Positions 37,930 through 51,084 of a DNA stretch of 64,000 nucleotides are shown here, piece by piece. This DNA comes from Octopus vulgaris. Taxonomy: Eukaryota. The DNA lies in contig OX597830.1 of NCBI GenBank assembly GCA_951406725.2, positions 11,904,001 through 11,968,000 on the forward strand. The letters are read 5' to 3'. Made by a program: the position numbers and the translations under genes. The notes under the pieces are model-generated. The model was not told the DNA's origin and made no database searches. It saw only the letters and a list, made by a program, of their open reading frames with translations. Numbering within the stretch: position 1 is the stretch's first letter; each line of letters starts with the position of its first letter.

Positions 37930-38485
37930 CTATCTATCTATCTATCTATCTATCTATCCACTCAGTCGAAGTCGACTCTCGGTTACTCGATGGACCAGTG
38001 TCCTCCAGCCAGTTCTATCATGGGCCGCTTCTTTCAGATTGGCTATGTCCATTCCGGTATCACTCTTGATGGTTGACTCTCGGTTACTCGATGGATCAGT
38101 GTCCTCCAGCCAGTTCTATCCTGGGCTGCTTCTTTCAGATTGGCTATGTCCATTCCGGTATCACTCTTGATGGTCGACTCTCGGTCACTCGATGGATCAC
38201 TGTCCTCCAGTCAGTTCTATCCTGGGCCGCTTCTTTCAGATTGGCTATGTCCATTCCGGTATCACTCTTGATGGTTGACTCTCGGTTACTCGAGGTATCA
38301 GTGTCTTCCAGCCAGTTCTATCCTGGGCTGCTTCTTTCAGATTGGCCATGTCCATTCCGGTATCACTCTTGATGGTGTCAAGCCAGCGGGTTCTTGGTTG
38401 GCCTCTTCCTATCTTGCCACTGACCATTCCGAGCATGATGTCCTTCTCCAGGGATTTTTCTCCGCATAATATGACCAAAATATGG
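37930..38485 (-). mobile_element. RTE (BovB-like) 3' end with four tandem ~101-bp units
   Basis: Same family as 19266-19595; units begin GACTCTCGG at about 37974, 38075, 38176 and 38277. Confidence 0.88.
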
Positions 38486-38692
38486 ACACAACTCATTCTA
38501 ATGTTTCTAGCAATCTGTTGCCTCCAGAGATAGAAATAATAAGTGCATTTGAACAGATTTGCGGCTACATATCTCTTAGCTGTAATAAGCAACTGTCAAT
38601 ATACTACAGAATAAGATGGTGAGTGGGCAAAATCATTGAGTAATGACTGAAGAAATATCAACATGCATTCAGTGAACTTAGTCCATAATATA

Positions 38693-38910
38693 TTGGTTTC
38701 AAATTTTGGCACAAGGCCAGTAATTTTGTGGGAGGTCAGTAAGTCAATTACATTGACCCCAGTGGTTCACTGGTACTTATTTTATTGACCCTGAACAGAT
38801 GAAAGACAAAATCGACCTCAGCAGAATTTGAACTTTGAATGTAAGGACAGACAAAATGCTGTTAAGCATTCAGCCTACTGTGCTAATGATTCTGTCTGCT
38901 TTCCACCTTA
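38693..38910 (-). mobile_element. SINE family B
   Basis: Family match. Confidence 0.8.
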
Positions 38911-39125
38911 GTCTGTTGTGTATTGATAGTTGCTTATTACAGCTAAGAGATATACGGCTACAAATCTGTTCAGATGCACTTAATATTTCTATCGCTGGAG
39001 GCAATGGATTGACAGAAACATTAAAATGATTTGTGTTCACAATCTTAGAGCAAGTGGCACGTGCTCCTGTATGGCAGTGCATGTGGCGCAAAGCGTTTTT
39101 ACTATAATGCACTTGAGCACAAATC

Positions 39126-39630
39126 CCACCACCATCACCATCGCCACCACCACCACCACTACCAACCACCACCACCACCAACAACAACACCAATACCACC
39201 ACCACCACCACCACCACCACCACCACTACCAACCACCACCACCACCACCAACAACACCAATACCACCACCATCACCACCACCACCACCACCACCACCACC
39301 ACCACCACCACCACCACCAACCACCACCACCACCACCAACAACACCAATACCACCACTACCACCACCATCACCACCACCACCACCACCACCACTACCAAC
39401 CACCACCACCACCACCAACAACACCAATACCACTACCATCACCACCACCACCACCACCACCACCACCACTACCACCACCACCACCACCACTACCCACCAC
39501 CACCACCACCACCACCAACACCACCACCACCAACACCACCACCACCAATACCACCACCATCACCACCACCACCAATACCACCACCATCACCACCACCACC
39601 AATACCACCACCACCACCACCACCATCATC
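39126..39630. repeat. (CAC/ACC)n trinucleotide array with higher-order units
   Basis: Directly visible. Confidence 0.95.
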
Positions 39631-41185
39631 ATTTAATGACCGTCTTCCATGCTAGTATGCTCTACTTCCTCCTCTATGAACAGGGTATATCATACTTTCT
39701 TTTAACAATTTGGGAAGTATACCACATGCAAAGAAACTCTGAAAAAGTATCTGCAATGATTTTATGAGAGCTTTCTTGCACATCTTTGAAAGAGCAGTTG
39801 GAAATCCATCTGGGCTTTTTGCTGAGTTCAAGTTCATCTCATCAATTGCTGGTATCACATTCCCCTCTTTTTATGTCAATGTAAACGATGGTTAACTCTT
39901 TCCTATATAAATCTGCAAGGTTGAGAAAAACTCACAAGGCTTGCTTATTTGCATGTTTTTCAGTAGAGCGGTGAAAGCACTTTGGACTTGTTTATTTAGT
40001 ACTGGAGTTTGCACTTAGTGTGCCGACCTCTTCAAACAGTGGCCCTATCTTGTAGTGCCCTGAGGCAGATTTTTTCATAAACATGCAGAAGACTTCAGAA
40101 TTCATTTTTATATTTTCTACTGCCCTGGTTTCTCTTTCTACCCATTCCATTTCATGGGAGATGCGAATTTATTTTCGTTCTCTAAAAGTGCTTCTTTGAG
40201 GAAGGATTTCTTGCTATCATTAAGTTATTTAAGTTGTTTATTTAAGTGATTTGAGATCTTTATTCTCCATCTCATAAGGACTCTCTTGTCTTGAGGAATG
40301 ACGTTTTTGTATGTAATTGTTCTCTTCTCTGCAACAAATTTAATGCCCTTGGCTTGCATTATTGACATGAATTTTTCTAGTTTTATTTCAATTCATTGCA
40401 TAAAGAGACTTTTAAGCCAATTTTACTGGACTCTCTGTCTTTCAATTGACCTCCTGTCAACCTTATAGAGGTTCAGACTGGATAGACTTTGGGTGCCATC
40501 TGTGTGGAATACATTATTAATTAGTCTTGGACCAGACGTCATCAGTTCTATCATGTTGTGGGTCTGAGAAGATTGTCGGTAGTTAAGTTACACATTGTTA
40601 GTGAATCAGAGTCTAATATGTTGTTCTTTTTGGTTGGAGAGAGTTTGTTTGTTCCATGAACAGCTTTTATGGGAGATCAAGTAGAGACTCTGTTTGACTG
40701 CACTTTTTGCATGTCATTTGATAGATGGAAACTGAAAGAAGCCCGTCGTATTTATGTATATGTATATATAAATGTATGTATGCGTGTGTGTGTTTGTGTC
40801 TGTGTTTGTCTTCCCAACATCACTTGACAACCGATGTTGATGTGTTTACGTCCCCGTGACTTAGCGGTTCGGCAAAAGAGACTGATAGAATAAGTACTAG
40901 GCTTACAAAGAATAAGTCCTGGGTCGATTTGCTCGACTAAAGGTGGTGCTCCAGCATGGCCGCAGTCACATGACTGAAACAAGTAAAAGAGTAAAAGAGT
41001 CCTTCCTAAGATGTATCACTTTCTGGCCATTTGATATTGGGGATGTTGAAGTCAGCCCCCAGAACTACACGAGCACATTGATCTAGTTTTGTAAGTATTT
41101 ATTTTATCATTGTAAGGCTTTCCTCAAATTTACCGTCATGATTTGCAGTATCAGGTGTGCTTATTGCTATATTGAGTTCCTTTAA

Positions 41186-41406
41186 CCCTTTAGTGTTCAG
41201 ATTACTCTGTTAAATGTAATACTTTTTCACTCGAATTGTTTTGAATTAATCCTGGATCATCTTACAGCTTTGAGGTTTCAATGATGTGATTATTTATTTT
41301 TAGAATGGCATTGTAGGTTAGGTGTGAGAGGCTAGACATCGCCAGTTTGAATATAAAACATGTAGAATATATTGGGCCGGATTTGGCCAGTTTAAACACT
41401 AAAGGG
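41186..41406. mobile_element. piggyBac-like MITE (second family)
   Basis: TTAA|CCCTTTAGTGTT...AACACTAAAGGG|TTAA. Confidence 0.85.
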
Positions 41407-41647
41407 TTAAAAGCAGAATGAATGTGTCACAGATCAAGTTTAAATCTGACAAGAGGGTTAGCGGTGTGACATCTTCATGGATGTACAACACAACTCTACC
41501 AAGACTTCCTTCTCTTCTGTCTAGAAAAAATACGGTATACATTGGTATGCATATTTCTGCATCATTTACGTCTGCAGATTGATGTCTCCCCATAAGTGCA
41601 ATGGATATTGTTTGATTGCATGCAGGAATATTCCTCAGGTATATATA

Positions 41648-42067
41648 GGTGCAGGAGTGGCTGTGTGGTAAGTAGCTTGCTTACCAACCACATGGTTCAG
41701 GGTTCAGTCCCACTGCATGACACCTTGGGCAAGTGTCTTCTACTATAGCCTCGGGCCAACCAAAGCCTTGTGAGTGGATTTGGTAGACGGAAACTGAAAG
41801 AAGCCCGCCGTATATATGTATATATATATATATATATTCATGTGTGTGTTTGTGTGTCTGTGTTTGTCCCCCTAGCATTGCTTGACAACCGATGCTGGTG
41901 TGTTTATGTCCCCGTCACTTAGCGGTTCGGCAAAAGAGACCGATAGAATAAGTACTGGGCTTACAAAGAATAAGTCCTGGGGTCGAGTTGCTCGATTAAA
42001 GGCGGTGCTCCAGCATGGCCACAGTCAAATGACTGAAGCAAGTAAAAGAAAGAAAAGAAAAGAAAAA
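41648..42067 (+). mobile_element. SINE family A, full length (another partial copy at 40721-41000)
   Basis: Family match. Confidence 0.9.
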
Positions 42068-43329
42068 GGTATGCAATTTTATGTTAGCTGTTGTTTTGTA
42101 GGAGGCCTCTGATATTCATTAGAATTGCTATGATTGCTGGCTTTGCGTCAAAATGGCTTCTAGGTGTTTAGACTTCCATTGATTATTTTGTGGTCATGAG
42201 GTTGTAATGCTACCAAAGTGCCATCAATTACTTTCTTCATTTTTTGGTCAATATATTGGAGACTGAATGCTGGCAGGATTCTTGCCCCTCTTTGACAGCA
42301 GAGTACAACATCTGTTAGGGGCTAATGCTTTTCAAATATAGTGTAAAACAAAAACAAAACAAAATCAAAATCAAAAATCGATCAACATCAATGGAAATCG
42401 TAGCTGTGATACCAGTGCCGGTGGCACATAAGAGAATGCCGCCCCGACTGCCTCCGTGCCAGTGGCACGTAAAAAGCACCATCCGATCGTGGCCATTTGC
42501 CAGCCTCGTCTGGCACCTGTGCCGGTGGCACGTAAAAAGCACTCACTACACTCATGGAGTGGTTGGCGTTAGGAAGGGCATCCAGCCGTAGAAACATTGC
42601 CAGATCAGACTGGGCCTGGTGCAGCCTTCTGGCTTCCCAGACCCAGTTGAACCATCCGACCCATGTCAGCATGGAAAACGGACGCTAAACGATGATGATG
42701 ATGATGATGATGATTATGGAAACATTAATGCCAAAATTGCAGTAACTCTAATTATTAGGTTATGGTCCAAAAAATTAGTTCTTTATAAAGAATTACCTTG
42801 TTTTCTTTCCCTTACCAAGTTGGCTGATATTAAAATTTTTCAAGAACAAAGATATCCAGTTAAAAACTACTGGCACATCAAAATTTTACGTTCAGGATGT
42901 TCAAATTCTGACAGAATCTGACTTTAAAACTCCATTAGAGTTAATGAGGCCACATGGTCAAATAATGGGGAAAAGAAATTAGGATTCAAATTAAACAAAT
43001 TATTATTGATAAATTGTTATTTTTTTTATCAGATGAATATAAAATAAAATAAATATAACTCATTGGATTAAAAAAGGTTTCCTTTGATTATGTATCAGGT
43101 GAACGGCATGGCTGTGTGGTATGAAGTTTGCTTCCCAACCACATGGTTCTGGGTTCAGTCCTACTTCATGGCACTTTGGGCAAGTGTCTTCCACTATGGC
43201 CTTGGGCCAACTGAAGCCATGTGAGTGGATTTGGAAGATAGAAACTGGAAAAAGCCCATTGTATGTGTGTGTGTGTGTGTGTGTGCATGCGTGCCTCTGT
43301 GTGTGTGTGTGCATGTATGTGTGTGTCCG

Positions 43330-43371
<42 letters not shown>

Positions 43372-43972
43372 ATGTGTATCTGTGTGTGTGTGTCTGTGTG
43401 TATCAAGCTTAAGTTAAAAATAAGGATTGGTGTCAATTTGTTTAGCCCCAGTCCTTGTTTCTTCGAGGCGGTGCCCCGCCATGGCCACAGTCTGATAACT
43501 AAAACAGGTAAAAGAAATAGAACATATTTTCAAAAGCATCAAATGTTCTATTTCTTTCCAGTAACATATCAGAAATGTATCCTGAGCCATACTCATAACC
43601 GTTATTCAGGGCTTGACATTATTTTAATTTTCTCTTTGAAATTAAATGTAGAAAGAAATTTGGTTGTTGTTTTATGTGGATAGTATATTCTATTTAAAAA
43701 GGCAACTTTTCAAATAGAAGTGAAGTTCTCTCTGTTTCTAATACAGCTCATATCAGTTACGATACAAAAGTCCAAAGGTTATATGATTGGATAAGCTGTA
43801 AACAGTATAACCACTTGAAATACCTTATCAGTGACCTCGTATTAAATACTAGAAAGGCATGAGTTTCAGCATGTAAAGCAACATTGATCCTTACTATATG
43901 ATGGAGGAGTGGAAATGTAATTAAGACAAATATTGCTATCTAAACTAGGTAAAATGAAATTTATCAAATATA

Positions 43973-44404
43973 GGTGCAGGAGTGGCTGTGTGGTAAGTAG
44001 CTTGCTAACCAACCACATGGTTCCGGGTTCAGTCCCACTGCGTGACATCTTGGGCAAGTGTCTTCTGATATAGCCCCGGGCCGACCAATGCCTTGTGAGT
44101 GGATTTGGTAGACGGAAACTGAATGAAGCCTGTCGTATATATGTATATATATATATATATAAGTGTGTGTGTATATGTTTGTGTGTCTGTGTTTGTCCCC
44201 CTAGCATTGCTTGACAACCGATGCTGGTGTGTTTACGTTCCCGTCACTTAGCGGTTCGGCAAAGAGACCGATAGAATAAGTACTGGGCTTACAAAGAATA
44301 AGTCCCGGGGTCGATTTGCTCGACTAAAGGCGGTGCTCCAGCATGGCCGCAGTCAAATGACTGAAACAAGTAAAAGAGTAAAAGAGTAAAGAGTAAAGAG
44401 TAAA
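43973..44404 (+). mobile_element. SINE family A, full length
   Basis: Family match. Confidence 0.9.
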
Positions 44405-44469
44405 CAAGATATATATATACTTCAGCTGACTAATTATTTAGTCTTTTTAAAAGAGCGAGTTCTACTAAC

Positions 44470-44708
44470 TCTCTCTCTCTTTTCTTTTACTCTCTCTCTT
44501 TTACTTGTCTCAGTCATTTGACTGTGGCCATGCTGGAACACTGCCTTTTTTTAGCTGAGCAAATAGCCCCCAGGACTTATTCTTTGTAAGCCTAGTACTT
44601 ATTCTATCAGTCTCTTTTGCCGAACTGCTAAGTTACGGGGACGTAAACACACCAGCATCGGTTGTCAAGCGATGCTGGGAGGACAAACACAGACAGACAA
44701 ACGTATAG

Positions 44709-44739
<31 letters not shown>

Positions 44740-44889
44740 CATATATACGACAGGCTTCTTTCAGTTTCCGTCTACCAAATCCACTCACAAGGTTTTGGTC
44801 GTCCCGAGGCTATAGTAGAAGACACTTGCCCAAGGTGCCACGCAGTGGGACTGAACCCGGAACTTACCACACAGCCACTCATACACCTG
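44470..44889 (-). mobile_element. SINE family A, inverted relative to its neighbour
   Basis: Family match. Confidence 0.9.
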
Positions 44890-44915
44890 TATAGACAATA
44901 ATAATAATAATAATG

Positions 44916-44949
<34 letters not shown>

Positions 44950-45764
44950 TAATAATAATAATAATAATAATGATAACTATAGTCATTAATACAACCATCC
45001 CCTCGTTGACAAGGTCAGATTAGAAATTTGAATTTGAAATTAAAGAATGTGAGGAAGAAGATGCATAGAGTTCACATATTGAATTTTTTCATCTTTTCTA
45101 AAATTCTTACATTCTTTAGTTGGTGGTAATCATGTATAAAACTATTTCATTCTTTTCTGAAATCTTCATCATGATTTAACCAGTAACATTATTAAGATAT
45201 GTTTCAAAGAGAGACATTTCATAAAATTAAGGATGAAAAGAATGAAGAAATTCAGAGAGTTTTGTTTCTACCATTTATAGAAGAATGTTGGCAGTTTTAG
45301 AAAGTGGAATTCTGCTTTATGAATAGTTTCAACAGCAGCTGTAAACGATTTCACGAGCCTTTTTCAGTAAAGAATATTAAGTGTTAAAGGGATTTTTACT
45401 CACAGAGTGCCTCGTGATATTTTGAGGTAGAAATATTAATAGCAACATTTTGAATTCTTGAAGTGACACTTGGAAAGATCTTAGATCTATAAATAAACTC
45501 AGGGAATGTTTCCTGGTATAAGAAATATTCAAATCAACAGACTGGTTCAACGATGAACTCAGTCAGCTTTAACTGGCACATTTTAGGTAAAAGATCTCCA
45601 TCAGTTTTGGTCCAGAAGGTGGGGAGGTGGGATTCATAAATTTTCTGACCAGCCATAACAATTAATCTTCAATAAATAAATTTATTACGGAGATGTACTT
45701 GCATAGCGAGTGACTTGATCTGAGATTGTGTGCTGGAACGAAAACAATTGCAGTGTGGAAGCCA

Positions 45765-45987
45765 TTTAAGAAACACACAAAAACCGTTAGATTCACTTCA
45801 ACATCTAAATTTAATTTGTCAAAATATTTTCGTCGCTTTGAGACCGTGACCTGTTCACTGACAAACTTCGTGCTGCATCTCAGAAGCTTTGTCAGTGAAC
45901 AGGTCACGGTCTCAAAGCGACGAAAATATTTTGACAAATTAAATTTAAATGTTGGTGAATCTAACGGTTTTTGTGTGTTTCTTAAAG
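45765..45987. repeat. Near-perfect inverted repeat, ~100-bp arms
   Basis: TTTAAGAAACACACAAAAACCGTTAGATTCAC...CTGTTCACTGACAAA mirrored by TTTGTCAGTGAACAG...GTGTGTTTCTTAAA. Confidence 0.95.
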
Positions 45988-46199
45988 ACTTATAAACACC
46001 TTCCATGCTGCAAATAAATATATATTCCTCCTTTATTCTTCCGTGTATTTGCAAGCTGATTTAATTTCTGCCAACACTGACCCCAAATATGTAATTGCAG
46101 CCAATAACTCGGGCTCCTTTTATTGAGCCTTGTGGCAGTTCATTTATTTTCGTTCTGCATCTGGCTGTCATCATAGAGGTGTCCTGTGTCAAAAAATAT

Positions 46200-47341
46200 C
46201 CAATGATGCTAAGATGGATGAAGAAATTGAGTTCAGAATTGGGGAGGCTAGTTCCACTTTCGGTAAACTTTACCATAGGCTTTGGAACAGCCATGACATA
46301 TTGCTGAAGGTGAAGGTCGATGTATACAAGTTAGTGGTTTTGGTATCATTGCTTTATGGTGCTGCATCTTGGACCCTGTACGAAAAGCACATCAACCAGC
46401 TTGACACTTTTCATATGCAATGCTTGCATTCTATCTTCAACATAAAACTGAGTGATCATATTCATAACAGTGAGGTGCTAACAAAATGCAACATATCGGT
46501 GTTGAAGCCATCCTCATCAAAATACAGCTTGGACAGTCAGGCCATCTCTCACATACGAGTGACACCAGAATTCCGAAGCAACTTCTTTTTGGCCAATTCC
46601 CAACAGGAAGGTCAGTTGGAAGGCTGTTCTTGTGTTTCAAAGACAAACCAAAAGACAATCTGAAGTGATGCAACATTCCCTTTTCTTCCTGGGGAAACAA
46701 AGCATCAGAATGCAAGAACTGGTGCCAATCCTGCTTCTCCTCTCAATTCAAGGATTGGAGCAAAGTCGACTCCAACATTGGGACCAACTTTGTACAAGCA
46801 TGAAGCATGAAGGCATGAAGGCATAACGTTGCTCCTCAGGGGTCACTCCGAAAAGCTCTATCTGCGACGATTTCATTTCAATCGAAGGAGAGGGGCTTGC
46901 TCTGTCTGGGTTGCAGATCCGTGGAATAAGCTGCCAGATGAGATAGTGAAGATGCCGACGACCGCTCGGTTCAAAGTATCTCTTCACCAGAAATGGCCTG
47001 AACTCTTTGCATGAACACCCTCCCTGTAAATAACTCCATGTTATCCTACATGGCCTTGATTTTGCTTTTTGAGCCAAAATATTAACTTAACTAACTTAAC
47101 TTAAATGGAAACCTTACCTGTCATTGTGGTTTTGTGGCACAGAACAAAGCAGGCCTCATTGTCCACTCAAGAAAATACACAGCAAATAATCCAAAATTAC
47201 TTGAGCAAACTGAGTCCTTAACTTGATCCATTTGACAAAAGGTTTGCAAGGAACCAGCAGGCCTCAAGAGACACATTCGTGACCATAGAACATGATTATG
47301 ATTACTGCTTTATTTTACTGAACCCTCATGATGAGGAATCC

Positions 47342-47345
<4 letters not shown>
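46200..47345 (+). mobile_element. RTE LINE 3' part with a nested CR1 3' end (46826-47100)
   Basis: MDEEIEFRIGEASSTFGKL..LLYGAASWTLY..FHMQCL (RTE); RGHSEKL..DPWNKLPDEIV..FKVSL plus a (TTAAC)n tail (CR1). Confidence 0.8.
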
Positions 47346-47383
<38 letters not shown>

Positions 47384-47402
47384 AATATAGATATATATAT
47401 AT

Positions 47403-47762
47403 TCTTTTAATCTTTTATTTGTTTCAGTCATTTGACTGCCTATAGTAAAAAAAATCAACCCCAGGACTTATTCTTTGTAAGCCTAGTACTTATTCTATCA
47501 GTCTCTTTAGCCAAAGCGCTTAGTTACAGGGGACGTAAACGCAACAACATCGGCTGTCAAGCGATGGTGGGGGGGGTCAAACACAAACACACACACACAC
47601 ACACACACACACGATGGGCTTCTTTCAGTTTCCATCTACCAGATCCACTCACAAAGTTTTGGTCAGCCCGAGTCTATAGTAGAAGACACTTGCCTAAGGT
47701 GCCACACAGTGGGATTGAACCCAGAAGCATGTGGTTGGTAAGCAAGCTACCATGCCTCCACC
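47403..47762 (-). mobile_element. SINE family A, decayed
   Basis: Family match. Confidence 0.8.
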
Positions 47763-48199
47763 TATATGCATATATATATATATATATACATAACTTAAGT
47801 CGTTATGGAAAAATAAAAATCTGGTCAAGTCATTTTACTCAACTTTACGTCTGTTCGCCATGAATATAGAAATCGTAAAATCATTAGAAAGCAATTAAAA
47901 GCACATTAAATCATGTTACTGTACAATAAATAAGAATAAAAGCATATAAAATCATATTAAAATAATGTTAAGATACACACCATAAAGTAGTGTAGCTTAG
48001 TGAATAAAATCATGAAACCAGCTGGGTTGTATTATTTATGAGTCTTTTGAAGCTCATATTGCACTGTAGTTTCAATATCTACCATTAGGCATCGTTGTCA
48101 CTTGTGATTCCTGTAATTGTTTTGAATTCAGATTTCTTTAAGCCTGTTTAACCTCTACCCTCTCATTCTTATTCATTTGTGACTTTAATTTTTGCCCCC

Positions 48200-50275
48200 A
48201 TGGCTCCTAAGAAAATTCATAGTGAAAGTGCTATGAGTCAGGCTATAATGCTCAAAGACAAACTGGCTGTGATAAAAGGCCTTGAAAAAGGTGAAAAAAG
48301 TGGTAGCAACTGCATGATCTTTTGGGATGAGTCGGACAATTGTATTGAGGATTGTAAATAATAAGGACAAAATTTTAGCACATATCAAATTTGATACCCC
48401 AGGGATGAAGAACACTGTCATCAATAGGAAAAGAGGTAAAATCTTTGAAGAAATGGAAAATCTTTCTCTTTGGATTGTTAGGTTGAATCATCAGCATGCT
48501 ACTATTAGTCAAGAGATCATTCAAGAGGAAGTGTTGTCTTTGTTTGAGGATCTGAAGAAAAAATATCCAGATGAGAAAGATGTAGGGTTCAAGGCAAGTC
48601 AAGGATGGTTCATGAGATTTAAGGAGAAAAGAAGTTATCACTCATTAAGAAGCAAAGTGAAAGTGCATCAGCTGATGCACAAGCAGCAGTGGAATTTCCT
48701 TATGCATTAAAGAAAATCATTGAAGAAAACGGGTTTCTTCTCAAACAGATTTTTAACGAAGATGAAACTGGATCGTATTGGAAAAAAATTGCTCAACCAT
48801 TCATTCATTTCCAAGGAGGAGAAAACTATTCCAAGTTACAAAGTCTCAAAAGAACATGTGACCATTATGTTGGGAGGTAATCGTGCAGGAGATTTTAAGT
48901 TAAAGCCATTGCTTGTGTATCATGCACACAACCCCCGTACCCTGAAGAATATACCCAAGGCATCTCTCACTGTTATATGGATGGCTAATTCAAAAGCATG
49001 GGTTACTGTTGTTGTTTTTGAAGATTAGTTCTTCAATCATTTTATCCCAGCAGCAGAGAAGTACTGTAAGGAGAAAGGAATTCCTTTTAAGGTTTTACTT
49101 ATCTTAGATAATGCTCCTGGCCACCCGCAATATATTGTAAAGCTTGACCCCAACATTACCGTTGTATACCTCCCTCCGAACACCATGTCTCTTCCGCAGC
49201 CAATGGGTCAGGGAATAATTGCTATCATCAAGTGTTACTATATGAAGCATATGTGGAGGTGCAATGGCCCAGTGGTTAGGGCAGCGGACTTGCGGTCGTA
49301 GGATCGCGGTTTCGATTCCCAGACCGGGCGTTGTGAGTGTTTATTGAGCGAAAACACCTAAAGCTCCACGAGGCTCCGGCAGGGATGGTCGTGATCCCTG
49401 CTGTACTCTTTCACCACAACTTTCTCTTACTCTTACTTCCTGTTTCTGTTGTACCTGTATTTCAAAGGGCCGGCCTTGTCACTCTCTGTGTCACACTGAA
49501 TATCCCCGAGAACTACGTTAAGGGTACACGTGTCTGTAGAGTGCTCAGCCACTTACACGTTGATTTCACGAGCAGGCTGTTCCGTTGATCGGATCAACCG
49601 GAACCCTCGTCGTCGTAACCGACGGAGTGCTTCCAAAAATGAGGCATATGCAGCAGCAAGCAACAGCTGCAACTGATCTTTATTAATCCCTCACACTTCG
49701 TGACTTTTGGAAGAGATACGATATCTACAAGGCTGTACAGAACATAGCAGCAGCATGGAATGATGTACAGATCACGGCTATGAATAATGTGTATGGAAGA
49801 AGTTATGCCTGCAATTTGTGAATGATTTTAAGGGGTTTGATAATGTTGCCATCAACAAAATGTTGGTGACTACAAGCAAAGAACTGGAAATGGATTTGGA
49901 GGAGGAGGATTTCACAGATTTATTTGAAAAAGACAAGCAGTCTCTGACGAAAGAAGATTTGAGAGAGTTTCACAAGCAGCAAATAAAGAAGAAGAGGAAG
50001 TCGAACCTGAGCCACATCACTTTACCATTAAGAAAATGCAGCAAGCATTTGCATATATAGAAAAAGGCTTTTCTAAGTTCGAGGATATGGATTCAAGTGC
50101 TCAATGCTTTTCCAAGATTATGGAAGCTTTTGCTCCTTATAATATAATCTGTGAGGAAAAGAAGAAGACAGTTCAAAGAACTCTCAACCGGTTTTTTAAG
50201 AGCATTGAACAACAAGAACAACCAGAGTCAGCTGTTGATGTTGACGATCCATGGCCATCTACACCTGCGATATAA
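48200..50275 (+). mobile_element. Tigger/pogo-like transposase pseudogene (CENP-B HTH plus DDE), interrupted by SINE C
   Basis: FKASQGWFMRFK, IFNEDETG.YWKK, GDFKLKPLLVY..NPRTLK, WMANSKAWVT, LLILDNAPGHP, LPPNT.SL.QPM.QG; multiple frameshifts. Confidence 0.9.
49253..49638 (+). mobile_element. SINE family C
   Basis: Paralog of 5999-6385; TSD ATGA(A/G)GCATATG at about 49242 and 49639. Confidence 0.9.
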
Positions 50276-50535
50276 ACCACTAAATTGTATTTACATATTG
50301 GTAAATTTAAAATGATTTATTTTTTTTTAGTATAATAATTACTGAATTAGTTTTTTAAGCTTAAAAAAGGCTTTTATTTTACCATGTCTTATTACAAACC
50401 ACATTCATAAATAAAGCACCCATGATGTACAGTAAACACTGCCAAATTGTATTTATAAATTTAGATTATTTCTTTTTACTGTACTGTATTAAAAAATAAA
50501 AATAATTCATAAGCTTAAAATAACTGTGCATTCAT

Positions 50536-50906
50536 AGTGGCTGTGTGGTAAGTAGCTGGCACCTTGGACAAGTGTCTTTTACAATAGCCTCGGGCTGACC
50601 AAAGCCTTGTGAGTGGATTTGGTAGACGGAAACTGAAAGAAGCCTGTCGTATCTATGTATATGTATATATATATATGTATGTGTGTTTGTATGTCTGTGT
50701 TTGTCCCTCTCCACCAACATCGCTTGACAATCAATGCTGGTGTGTTTACGTCGCCGTAACTTAGCGGTTCAGCAAAAAAGAGACCGATAGAATAAGTACT
50801 AGGCTTACAAAGAATAAGTCCTGGGGTTGATTTCCTTGACTAAAGACGGTGCTCCAGCATGGCTACAGTCACATGACTGAAACAAATAAAAGAGTAAAAG
50901 AGTAAA
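50536..50906 (+). mobile_element. SINE family A with head deletion
   Basis: Family match. Confidence 0.85.
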
Positions 50907-51084
50907 GTACAGAACTGGGAATGGTTATTATTGGTTTAGCCTAGAGATAAGTTAATTCAACTTCTGTCATGTCTCCTGGAACCAATTAACAATGTAGGGT
51001 GAGGTATGCTTATGTGTGTGTGTGTATACACACACACACACAGATATATATACACATACATGCATGCATGAAATCCTTGGTCCA

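Larger units (their letters stand above)
39652..42330 (-). mobile_element. CR1/jockey-group LINE ORF2 remnant (APE endonuclease to pre-RT), with nested SINEs and a MITE
   Basis: DAEICIPMYTVFFLDRREG..GRVVLYI and VVLGADFNIP (APE); SAKSPDGFP..L.ILFQS...G.LPK..KES.I.PVHRGG (RT domain 0). Confidence 0.75.

Noticed and set aside
37974-38380. CRISPR-like regular repeats (also 12096-12630)
   Set aside because: No unique spacers; tandem retroelement units in eukaryotic DNA
39026-39655. 209-aa Pro/Thr/His-rich ORF resembling an extensin or mucin
   Set aside because: Trinucleotide repeat open in several frames and abutting a LINE tail; no splice or coding support
48200-50275. Domesticated TIGD/CENP-B-like host gene
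   Set aside because: Multiple frameshifts, stops and a SINE insertion; it is a decayed transposon
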